Positions 8,750 to 17,949 of a stretch of DNA of 49,257 nucleotides are shown here, piece after piece. Under the pieces are notes generated by a model. It worked only from the letters and a program-made list of their open reading frames with translations, searched no databases and was not told where the DNA came from. The position numbers and the translations under genes were made by a program. The stretch spans positions 1-49,257 of the forward strand of contig NSIB01000002.1 in the NCBI GenBank assembly GCA_002737625.1, written 5' to 3'. Numbering within the stretch: the first letter of the stretch is position 1; each line of letters begins with the position of its first letter. The stretch is from Flavobacteriales bacterium (GTDB taxonomy: Bacteria > Bacteroidota > Bacteroidia > NS11-12g > UBA955).

Positions 8750-10009
8750 ATGAAGGCTAATGACCCCAATTGTTCGTTCTGCGGTCGCAAAAAAAGCGAG
8801 TCGTTGATGCTCATATCCGGCTTAGATGGTCATATTTGTGACCATTGTGCCGAACAAGCCAATAAAATCGTAGAGAAAGAACTTGAAGGTTCTACAGTAT
8901 CTATTACAGATATCAATAGTACTTCGGGTGAAAAAGGCGGCAAAAAACTACCCACGCCTATTCAGATCAAAGAACACCTAGATCAGTATGTGATTGGGCA
9001 AGATCAGGCCAAACGAACCTTAAGTGTGGCTGTTTATAATCATTACAAACGATTAAATAGCAAAAAGAATAGTAAGAAGTCCGACGATGTGGAAATTGAA
9101 AAATCCAACATCCTCATGATTGGCGAGACCGGTACGGGTAAAACGCTATTGGCAAAAACACTAGCAAAAATTCTTGATGTGCCTTTCTGTATCGCTGATG
9201 CTACTGTTTTAACTGAAGCGGGTTATGTGGGAGACGATGTGGAGAGTATCCTGAGTCGTTTGCTTCAAGTGGCCAACTACAAACCTGAATTGGCGGAGCG
9301 TGGCATTATTTATCTCGATGAAATGGATAAAATTAGTCGCAAAGGCGACAATGCTTCTATCACTCGGGATGTAAGCGGTGAAGGTGTTCAACAAGGTTTG
9401 CTTAAAATCTTGGAAGGTACGATTTCTAATGTAGCTCCAGAAGGAGGAAGAAAACACCCAGACCAAAAGTATATTAAGGTTGATACAACCAACATCCTAT
9501 TTATTTGCGGTGGCGCATTTGACGGCATCGAGAGGATTATCTCTCGCAGGGTTCAACAACAAGCCGTGGGTTTTAAAAGTAGCTTGAATCGTGAAATACA
9601 AGACAAGAAATTGCTCAGTTTGGTATCACCTCCAGATTTGAGAGCTTTCGGACTAATTCCCGAATTGATTGGTCGACTTCCCATTTTAACGGCACTAGAG
9701 CCGCTCGATAAACCCGCATTAAAGTCGATTTTATCTGACCCGAAAAATGCCTTACTAAAGCAATATCAACATTTGTTTTCATTGGATAAGATAACACTCT
9801 CTATTGATGATGATGCAATTGATTTTATCGTAGACATGGCCTTTGAAAACAAGTTGGGAGCCCGTGGATTGAGAGGTATTTGCGAATTGATTCTACAAGA
9901 CTATATGTATGAAGCCCCTGCACAAAAAGGCAATTCAGAATTAGTCATCACCAAAGCCATCGCTGAGGAAAAATGGAATCGGGCCGACAGCCAGAAATTC
10001 GCTTCTTGA
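8750..10009 (+). CDS. clpX: ATP-dependent Clp protease ATP-binding subunit ClpX
   Basis: N-terminal zinc finger CSFCGR...CDHC, Walker A GETGTGKT, Walker B IIYLDEMDK. Confidence 0.95.
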   Translation: MKANDPNCSFCGRKKSESLMLISGLDGHICDHCAEQANKIVEKELEGSTVSITDINSTSGEKGGKKLPTPIQIKEHLDQYVIGQDQAKRTLSVAVYNHYKRLNSKKNSKKSDDVEIEKSNILMIGETGTGKTLLAKTLAKILDVPFCIADATVLTEAGYVGDDVESILSRLLQVANYKPELAERGIIYLDEMDKISRKGDNASITRDVSGEGVQQGLLKILEGTISNVAPEGGRKHPDQKYIKVDTTNILFICGGAFDGIERIISRRVQQQAVGFKSSLNREIQDKKLLSLVSPPDLRAFGLIPELIGRLPILTALEPLDKPALKSILSDPKNALLKQYQHLFSLDKITLSIDDDAIDFIVDMAFENKLGARGLRGICELILQDYMYEAPAQKGNSELVITKAIAEEKWNRADSQKFAS

Positions 10010-10051
10010 TTTCTTTAAATCCCACATTTTTGGGTAAATTGCAATCCTCTT

Positions 10052-11356
10052 ATGGAAAAGAATAACAAAGGTGTCATGACCGCTTGGACAATGTATGACT
10101 GGGCAAACAGCGTTTACTCACTGAGCATTTCGTCGGCAATCTTCCCAACTTTTTATGAAAGCTTCACCCCAAAACACATAGAAGTGATGGGAATGGACTT
10201 TAAAAATACAGCTTTATATAGTTACTGTTTGAGTTTTGCATTCCTAATCAACGTATTGCTAGTTCCACTATTGTCGGGAATCAGCGACGCCTCGGGAGCC
10301 AAGAAACCCTTTATGCGATTTTTTGTAATCCTTGGTAGCTTGGGATGCAGTGCTTTGTATTTCTTCAACGGACACAATTACATGTTTGGGCTCATGAGTT
10401 TCATGATCGCAACTCTAGGATTTGCTGGAAGTTTGGTATTCTACAATGCCTATTTACCAGAAATCGCTACGCCCGACAAATTCGATAGATTATCTGCTCG
10501 TGGCTTTACCATGGGTTATATCGGCTCTGTGTTGATGTTAGTTTTCAATTTACTGTTATTAATCAAGCACGATTGGTTCGGATTGCCTTCACCCAAAACA
10601 AGCCCTCTTCCATTTCAAGTGGGATTCGCGACCGTTGGAATTTGGTGGCTGGGATGGTCGTTTTGGCCCCTTCTTAAACTCCCAGGCAAACTAGAAGCAA
10701 AAGCCAAAGTGAGCATATGGAATGGCTACCGTGAAATTCGCAATGTTTTTCAAGAAGTTAAAAAAATGAAAGCCGTTAAGATCTTCTTGGGCTCCTTCTT
10801 TGTCTATACGATGGGCGTACAAACTGTAATTTACGTCGCCGCACTTTTTGGAAAAAACGAACTCAAATTGGAATCAGAAGACATGCTAAAAACTATCCTG
10901 TTAATTCAACTCATTGGTATAGCGGGTGCTTTCTTCTTTGCATGGGCTGCCAAAAAACTGGGAAATAAACCGGCTTTGTTTATCAGCTTGAGCATATGGA
11001 CACTCAGTTGTTTTTTGGCTTACCAGCTAGAACCACAGAAGCCCAATCAGTTCTTTGCCCTAGCCTGTCTCATTGGCACTGTAATGGGCGGTATTCAAAG
11101 TTTATCTAGAGCCACTTATGCGAAGCTTATCCCCGGAGACCATGATAACACTTCCTATTTTAGCTTCTTCGAAGTCACCGAAAAACTCGCTATCGTATTA
11201 GGCACATTTGCTTGGGCCATGATTGACAACGTAACAGGAAACATGAGGAACAGCATTTTACTGCTAATGGTATTTTTTATCATTGGTATCTGTATTCTCT
11301 ACTTCCTACCAACGGACAAAATCAGATCTGAGAAACTATCTAATCAAGGAAATTGA
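10052..11356 (+). CDS. MFS transporter, UMF1/Atg22-like family
   Basis: About 12 predicted TM segments. N-terminus WTMYDWANSVYSLSISSAIFP resembles the UMF1-family signature. Confidence 0.7.
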   Translation: MEKNNKGVMTAWTMYDWANSVYSLSISSAIFPTFYESFTPKHIEVMGMDFKNTALYSYCLSFAFLINVLLVPLLSGISDASGAKKPFMRFFVILGSLGCSALYFFNGHNYMFGLMSFMIATLGFAGSLVFYNAYLPEIATPDKFDRLSARGFTMGYIGSVLMLVFNLLLLIKHDWFGLPSPKTSPLPFQVGFATVGIWWLGWSFWPLLKLPGKLEAKAKVSIWNGYREIRNVFQEVKKMKAVKIFLGSFFVYTMGVQTVIYVAALFGKNELKLESEDMLKTILLIQLIGIAGAFFFAWAAKKLGNKPALFISLSIWTLSCFLAYQLEPQKPNQFFALACLIGTVMGGIQSLSRATYAKLIPGDHDNTSYFSFFEVTEKLAIVLGTFAWAMIDNVTGNMRNSILLLMVFFIIGICILYFLPTDKIRSEKLSNQGN

Positions 11357-14300
11357 TCCGCTATACTCATACATCTTATTATCTAGGCTGTAGAGTTTAA
11401 GCGTATACATGTATACCCCATCTTGACAATCAGCACCATTTGCACTACCATCCCAACCTTTTAACAAATCGTTGGTTTCATACATTTTCTCACCCCAGCG
11501 GTTAAATATCTTCATTGTTGCATTTCGATAATTCATTGCAACCGGAGCAAAGGTGTTGTTTTTGTTTGGACCTGCGTTATCAGGAGTAAAGGCATCGGGA
11601 ATAAATACAATGATATCCGGACCGATATAAACCAATTTTGTAATAGTATCCGCACAACCCTTGTCTGATTCCACAATCAAAGTAATGGTATAAGTTGCTG
11701 TATCCTTTCCATAGGAGTAGAAAGCATTTTTCAACGTGGAGGTATCATCGAGTTTTGTTGGATCTCCAAAGTCCCAAGCATATTTCAAATTGGGCGCAAA
11801 CACACTCGAATTGACGCTACTGCTATTCAACATACGGAACTTCGGCAATGCAACTGTAGTCTTGGTTGGATCCGTATTGAATGATGCAACAGGAATAGGA
11901 TAAGCCTCTACGTTTGCAGCACTCGTATCTTTACAGTTACCCGATGTATTGTTAGCAATTACGCGAACATTATACTTTCCTTGAATTGGATATTTAACAT
12001 CCGCAGGATTTTGAAGATTGGAAGTATCTCCATTTCTAAAGTCCCAGCGATAGGCCATTTGATTGGAGGGAATTCCTCTATTATCAGAAACCGTCCATGT
12101 CGTATTAAAGGGAATGCAACCCGATTGATTATTAATGGTAGATAAGTCAGGATATTGATGTAAAATAATTTCAATACTGTCCGAATTAGGGGGACAAACA
12201 TCACCCGCAATTGGAGTCGTTGTTACCTTCAAGAAAGCCCCCTTTTGTGTCTTATCAATAGGGCCATGAACATAAAGTACATTTTCCGAGGTATTCCCCG
12301 TATTAAAGGCTCCGTCACTAAAAGACCCGTCTTTGTGTTTTTGCATTGTCCAAGAAACCTTGGTGTCACAGTATTTGGATATGCTTTGAATCGCAAACGG
12401 ACTTCCCTCACAAGCACTAGCCGGTTTAGTAGTAGTTATGCCAATTGTAGGTTGATTACGAACAAATACTTGATACACTTCAGTATCGGAACACCCATTA
12501 TTGTCGGTATAGGTAAATCTGAACGAGTGCGGACCTTCAATGTTATTTGTTGATGCAGTAGAGAATGGTTTAAATGCAGAAGTACCTGTCACGGAAACCC
12601 CTACACTGCTACCCGTCCAAACTCCTGTAGCACTTGCTGGCTTCGTCTGTACCGTATTGATTCGCGTATTTAAATCCAACGGTGATCCACTGACGCATAT
12701 TGTTGTAGGGACCAACAAAACTGCATTGGGCGTATCATTTACGTAAATGTAAAAACTATCTTCTTTCAAACATCCCGTTGCAGCATTGCCATATTTAATC
12801 AACCATGTACCCGTTCCAAATGAAGGCAAAAACCTGTGTCCTTTGATAAGGGTTGTGCTATTCACTTTGGGATCCAATCGATTGTAGTTGTATTCAATGA
12901 TTTTATATTTTGACCCATCATTATCGCGTGCTTGAATTCCATTGACTTTAATGAAATCATACAACTCCATAGTATCCCAATTCACACATACTGGGTTTGG
13001 AGAAGACACCTTCACTGTTGGCTCAGCAATAATTTTAACATCTACAGAATCACAAGTTAAACAACCCGTTAGCTGGTCTTCAACACACAATTGGAATCTA
13101 TAATCGCCTTGATAAAAATCTTCTGTAGGATCACCAAATCTAAAGACCCAATCTGGTGTTCCAAAAGGATTGTCATTTGATAAAATCTTAGAAGGATCTA
13201 CACCACCCGGTGTTCCATTTTTCATAACAGTCCAATCCACCTTGATTCCAATTTTTACTTTGGGTCTAACTGTGATTTGATCCATTTTGATAGAGCCCAA
13301 ATCCTGACAGAAAGTACTATCCCTAATATCAATCATCGGATTTCCATTGATTCTTTGAACAACACTATCAATATTCACACAACCGTTGGTATCTGTATAG
13401 GCCGCATAAATTTTCGCCAGGAAACTATTGCCATTTTGAAGCTGCGTATTATTCAAGAAAGTAGTTCTAAATAAATGACGTCCAGTGGTTAGTGAATCAA
13501 TATAATTTCTAGCAAATCCAGGACCTGGAGACGCAGAAGTTGTTGGTTTTGAATTTACGTTGTTTGGTGTTTTATTCTCAAACGCCCAAATTCTCGTTTT
13601 GGCATCCTTTCCTTGGCTAAAGAATGAATTCACTTCAATATCTCCATAAACAAAACACTGGGCTTTCAACGGTTTGGGATCCCATTTTACCGCTGGCAAT
13701 GTATTTACTTTTACTCTGATTGTATCAATGTGCTGACATTCATGTCCTTTTTCAGTAACTTTTGTCATCAATGAATAATAAAAATACTGCGCAAATCCGC
13801 TCGGAGCATTCGTATTTTTCGGGGTAATCAAATATTTCATATTATTACCGAGGGTCTTAGCGCCGGTAATGTCGACCCAAGTATAATTCCCCGTAAGAGC
13901 AGCAGGTTTGTGTGATGCAGTGAATTCGATTGACTTTTGATGACAAATCACGGTATCATTACCAGCCCTACTCCTCACTGTATCATTCACAAACAACTCC
14001 ACGGTATCCGTCATAATACACTTCCACTTTTGCTCCATGACACGAACAATATACTTGCCTTTCACATTCTTGGTTACAAAACGCGTTGTATCGCCAGAGC
14101 TCCAGAGATATTTTACAGTATCTGCATTTTGACCATCAAATGTAACCGTCTCATAGGTACAAATCCGTTGATCGGGCCCCAAGCTAACCTTTGGTAAGGG
14201 CTTTACATAAATCAATGCGGTGTCATAAAAAATGCAACCATCCCCATCCGTAATTTTAATTCTTAGAGTAGAATCTCGATTAATATTTGGAATGGACAAC

Positions 14301-16090
14301 TGTTGAAATGTATCGCCAGAAATATGTGTTTCAGACTTCCAAGCCCCTTTAGTCCCTGTATCTTTCACGATGCGTGTCCAATAGTATTTGAAAGGTGCAT
14401 TTCCAAACAATACATTCGCATTCAACTTCATTGTTGTAGCGAAGCACGCAAACGTATCTGCCTTCGCCATTATCACTTGCGGTGGATCAGGAATGATAAC
14501 AGTATCACGATAGATGGTTGGACAGTTTTCTGCATTATTTACCGTATGGACGATGATATATTTACCGCCCCGGTAAAATTTCATCGTATCCGATTTTTTT
14601 GTGCTGTAATAAATCTCTCCCTTACCCATACTGTCGCGTACACTCCATTTAAATGAAGGAACCCCTTTAAATGATGCACCTACCGTTGCCGCCATCGCAA
14701 ATCTTCCGCATTTTAATTTTGTATATGTTCGTTTACTAAATGCCCTAGGATTAACTTTCACTTTGAACGCCCGAATGGATGTTGATGGCTTCGGACAGTG
14801 GTCATCAGATACGGTAACGGTAAATGAATACGCCACATCCGACGCCATACCCACCGAGGGGGTCCACTCAAAATCGGCATAAGCCTTCCTCTTTTCCGGC
14901 CAATCGGCCTTCTTTGCTAGTGTGAATTTAGCACCCGGAATTCCTTTGTTCCACTTCATTGTAGTGGTATCCGGCACTTTTTGATACGGGGTAAACGTTT
15001 CATCTTCAGATGATACTTTGAATTTTATTGTTTCTCCCTCACAAACCTTATAAGAATAAGGGCCTTCTATCGTTGGCGCATTATTATAACCACAGTCGTC
15101 TTTGACGACTATTTGCATATCCCGCCGCGTCTTTCCAACCCATCGCCAGACATTATTTGTATCTCGCCGCCATTCCGTAATTACCAACACTAGGACCGCA
15201 ACTTCATCACATTTTGTGGGTGTGAAAATCAAATCTCCCGTACCCGTATCCATCGAATATCCGCGAGGAGGCTTTGTCTTTGTATTGGGGACACATTTGA
15301 TAGAAGTGGGAGGAACGCAATATGGGGTTACCGGATATTGATAGGAATATGGCGAAGTATAAGGTACAGAAGTATTCGGCACACCGCTTAATGCCGCAGC
15401 CATTGAATAAGACAAAGAATCATAATCTATCGTATCAATCGCACCATTGTTGTAATAATATGCTTGATTGCAACAGGCATAACCAATCGGCACGTTGGAC
15501 AAAGTAGGAGATGTATTACATTTATTCTTTGATTTATTTACGTTGCACACATTTATTGTTGCGGTTGTCCAAAAATCTGCCCACGTTGCCCCAGTTGTAA
15601 TTGCCGCATTCCTACAACACTGATTGTAAGCAAATGTCAGATCACAATAAGTCGTTCCAATTCCCAAACCCGTAAACGGAGCTTTGGAGATATCAAAACT
15701 CGCCTCATACGTATGCTCTTCTACTCCATCCCCTGTATAATCGGTATTTGTTGGACTACAAGGACTTGATGCTGTTGAACATCGAGGCGTAATATCCCTG
15801 ATTCCTGTACGAGTCATTCCAAGAGAATATCTACTTGTCGACATACCCTGATTATTACCAGCATACCAATACAACAAACTCCAACTCGGTGGAGCCGCCG
15901 CACCCCTGCAATCTCGATAAAATTTAATACTCAACTTATACTTCCCACTACCCAAACAAACGTAGCTCATATCAGCACCCATTACGTGGTCTGCCTTTAG
16001 TGCTTGCTGACTCGAAACAAATAACATCAACAACAATAAAAAATGTTTGATGTTATATTTCCCAAGGATTGATAGTAATCGTTTTAGCAT
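11336..16090 (-). CDS. Giant cell-surface adhesin-like protein with PKD-like repeats and a T9SS type-B (gliding-motility-associated) C-terminal domain
   Basis: Signal peptide. Cys-rich N-terminal module HVMGADMSYVCLG..YKLSIKFYRDCRG. PKD-like repeats (YRWDFRNGDTS..., YAWDFGDPTK...). C-terminus IFIPDAFTPDNAGPNKNNTF...FNRWGEKMYE...GWDG...DGVYMY matches the type-B CTD. Confidence 0.85.
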   Translation of the reverse strand: MLKRLLSILGKYNIKHFLLLLMLFVSSQQALKADHVMGADMSYVCLGSGKYKLSIKFYRDCRGAAAPPSWSLLYWYAGNNQGMSTSRYSLGMTRTGIRDITPRCSTASSPCSPTNTDYTGDGVEEHTYEASFDISKAPFTGLGIGTTYCDLTFAYNQCCRNAAITTGATWADFWTTATINVCNVNKSKNKCNTSPTLSNVPIGYACCNQAYYYNNGAIDTIDYDSLSYSMAAALSGVPNTSVPYTSPYSYQYPVTPYCVPPTSIKCVPNTKTKPPRGYSMDTGTGDLIFTPTKCDEVAVLVLVITEWRRDTNNVWRWVGKTRRDMQIVVKDDCGYNNAPTIEGPYSYKVCEGETIKFKVSSEDETFTPYQKVPDTTTMKWNKGIPGAKFTLAKKADWPEKRKAYADFEWTPSVGMASDVAYSFTVTVSDDHCPKPSTSIRAFKVKVNPRAFSKRTYTKLKCGRFAMAATVGASFKGVPSFKWSVRDSMGKGEIYYSTKKSDTMKFYRGGKYIIVHTVNNAENCPTIYRDTVIIPDPPQVIMAKADTFACFATTMKLNANVLFGNAPFKYYWTRIVKDTGTKGAWKSETHISGDTFQQLSIPNINRDSTLRIKITDGDGCIFYDTALIYVKPLPKVSLGPDQRICTYETVTFDGQNADTVKYLWSSGDTTRFVTKNVKGKYIVRVMEQKWKCIMTDTVELFVNDTVRSRAGNDTVICHQKSIEFTASHKPAALTGNYTWVDITGAKTLGNNMKYLITPKNTNAPSGFAQYFYYSLMTKVTEKGHECQHIDTIRVKVNTLPAVKWDPKPLKAQCFVYGDIEVNSFFSQGKDAKTRIWAFENKTPNNVNSKPTTSASPGPGFARNYIDSLTTGRHLFRTTFLNNTQLQNGNSFLAKIYAAYTDTNGCVNIDSVVQRINGNPMIDIRDSTFCQDLGSIKMDQITVRPKVKIGIKVDWTVMKNGTPGGVDPSKILSNDNPFGTPDWVFRFGDPTEDFYQGDYRFQLCVEDQLTGCLTCDSVDVKIIAEPTVKVSSPNPVCVNWDTMELYDFIKVNGIQARDNDGSKYKIIEYNYNRLDPKVNSTTLIKGHRFLPSFGTGTWLIKYGNAATGCLKEDSFYIYVNDTPNAVLLVPTTICVSGSPLDLNTRINTVQTKPASATGVWTGSSVGVSVTGTSAFKPFSTASTNNIEGPHSFRFTYTDNNGCSDTEVYQVFVRNQPTIGITTTKPASACEGSPFAIQSISKYCDTKVSWTMQKHKDGSFSDGAFNTGNTSENVLYVHGPIDKTQKGAFLKVTTTPIAGDVCPPNSDSIEIILHQYPDLSTINNQSGCIPFNTTWTVSDNRGIPSNQMAYRWDFRNGDTSNLQNPADVKYPIQGKYNVRVIANNTSGNCKDTSAANVEAYPIPVASFNTDPTKTTVALPKFRMLNSSSVNSSVFAPNLKYAWDFGDPTKLDDTSTLKNAFYSYGKDTATYTITLIVESDKGCADTITKLVYIGPDIIVFIPDAFTPDNAGPNKNNTFAPVAMNYRNATMKIFNRWGEKMYETNDLLKGWDGSANGADCQDGVYMYTLKLYSLDNKMYEYSGSISLIR

Positions 16091-16268
16091 ACTATTGTAT
16101 TTTTACGAATTTAAATAAAAGTTGAACAATTACAGGAATAACTTTTTGCATTTATTGCAACAAAAAATTAACAAAAGTCCTTTAAAACCGATCATTAAAT
16201 AGAAAGACAATATTTACGCATCATTTGTGGCCTTTAATTGCACACATTTATTGTAAAAAATGCCGGAA

Positions 16269-16799
16269 TCATTTCCCGAATTTCAATACTTGCTGCATCG
16301 TCTGCCAAACCTTCATTTTTTTCTCTTTACTTTCACACATACTTGTAAATGAGGGGAATCGTAGCATCACACCTCTTTCTGTGGGCTTCACGCCATACAG
16401 GCCAGGCACTCCCTCAATTTCAAGATCCGTCCAGACAAAAATTACAGGGGCCAAGAAATCACCCAAAATCTCAGAGGAATATCCAGTTTCCCGGATTGCG
16501 TAAACTTTCTCAATATCTTCGGGAATTACAGACTCTTGATTGATTTTTACGGCCGCCATAAGTTTGGTGTATGCCAAATTGACTTCCGATGAGAATTGCT
16601 CATCGCATGAATCAAAAAACAAATTGAGTATTGATAACTGTATCATTTCTTCATCTAAGTTTGGGTTTTCAATTTCCGTAATACCATCAAGTAACAACTC
16701 AGATTCAACAATCGCTTCCTCCTTGAAATAATAAACACCTCCAGAAAAGATATCGGTTAGATGCAAAGGATTTTCAACAAATTGACGATTTTCTGACAT
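16269..16799 (-). CDS. Hypothetical acidic cytoplasmic protein (176 aa)
   Basis: Clean ORF with an ATG start, no signal peptide or TM segment, and a high Asp/Glu content. Divergent from ilvE with a 31-bp spacer. Confidence 0.6.
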   Translation of the reverse strand: MSENRQFVENPLHLTDIFSGGVYYFKEEAIVESELLLDGITEIENPNLDEEMIQLSILNLFFDSCDEQFSSEVNLAYTKLMAAVKINQESVIPEDIEKVYAIRETGYSSEILGDFLAPVIFVWTDLEIEGVPGLYGVKPTERGVMLRFPSFTSMCESKEKKMKVWQTMQQVLKFGK

Positions 16800-16816
16800 A
16801 GCGATTGAAATTGGAT

Positions 16817-16824
16817 TAATTTTG
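16817..16824 (+). promoter_or_regulatory. Candidate -7 promoter box TAATTTTG for ilvE (leaderless geometry)
   Basis: Exact TAnnTTTG match ending 6 nt before the ilvE ATG at 16831. Confidence 0.4.
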
Positions 16825-16830
16825 TATTTA

Positions 16831-17892
16831 ATGAGTGTCGAAATTACAATTGAAAAAATACAAAATAGTAGAATTGATCAATTTGATCCAGAAAATATCG
16901 GTTTTGGTAAAATTTTTACAGACCACATGTTCTTGGCAAACTGGGATGGCACAACATGGACTAACCCAAGAATTGTCCCGTATGGCCCATTATCCTTGAG
17001 TCCCGCAACCAGTGCAATCCATTATGGCCAGTCTATTTTTGAAGGGATGAAAGCATTTATTAATAAAAAAACAGGAAAGCCCATGCTTTTCAGACCCAGA
17101 GAAAATGCCAAAAGATTAAATCGTTCTGCCGAAAGAATGGTTATGCCAACTGTTCCGGAAGATTTATTTATGGACGGCCTAAAAGCACTTATTTCCCTTG
17201 ATTCTGCATGGATTCCAAATAACGAAGGGGCTTCATTATACATCAGACCTTTCATGTTTGCCACTGACGACTTCATTGGTGTTAAGCCATCCGAGCATTA
17301 TATTTTCGCCATTTTCTGTTGTCCTGTTGGACTTTATTACACCAAGGCTCTTAAAATTAAAGTAGAAGAAGAATTTAGTCGTGCAGCTCCTGGCGGTGTA
17401 GGTTTTACCAAATGTGCGGGAAATTATGGTGGTGCGATGTATCCTACCTTGCAAGCCCAAAAGGAAGGTTATGATCAAGTTCTGTGGACAGACCCTTTGA
17501 CTCATACTTTGGTAGAAGAAACAGGGACTACCAATCTTTTCGCAGTGTTCGAAAACGAAATCGTCACCCCCGCATTGGGCAATACATTACTTTCTGGCAT
17601 CACACGAGACAGTGTAATTAAAGGATTGACGCATTTGGGCCATCCCGTTACTGAAAGAAACTTATCGGTTAAGGAACTCAAAAATCAATTAGCAGCAGGG
17701 ACCTTAAAAGAAATATTTATTACCGGCACTGCAGCTACCCTAATGAAGATTCAAGGTTTCGGTCATCAAGGAAACTACTTTGAAGTAATGGACCAAGGCA
17801 ATTCTGAAGTATCAGACAGCATTAAAAACTGGCTCAATAGGGTTCGATTGGGGGAATCCGAAGATGTCTTTGAATGGAATGAATCGGTTTAA
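16831..17892 (+). CDS. ilvE: Branched-chain amino acid aminotransferase
   Basis: FGKIFTDHMF near the N-terminus, class IV PLP fold motifs (GGVGFTKCAGNY, EETGTTNLF), ~353 aa. Confidence 0.9.
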   Translation: MSVEITIEKIQNSRIDQFDPENIGFGKIFTDHMFLANWDGTTWTNPRIVPYGPLSLSPATSAIHYGQSIFEGMKAFINKKTGKPMLFRPRENAKRLNRSAERMVMPTVPEDLFMDGLKALISLDSAWIPNNEGASLYIRPFMFATDDFIGVKPSEHYIFAIFCCPVGLYYTKALKIKVEEEFSRAAPGGVGFTKCAGNYGGAMYPTLQAQKEGYDQVLWTDPLTHTLVEETGTTNLFAVFENEIVTPALGNTLLSGITRDSVIKGLTHLGHPVTERNLSVKELKNQLAAGTLKEIFITGTAATLMKIQGFGHQGNYFEVMDQGNSEVSDSIKNWLNRVRLGESEDVFEWNESV

Positions 17893-17949
17893 TCCGTTAT
17901 ATACCAACCAATTAAAATAAAACCAATTGGCGTTCCAGTTAAATATCAA

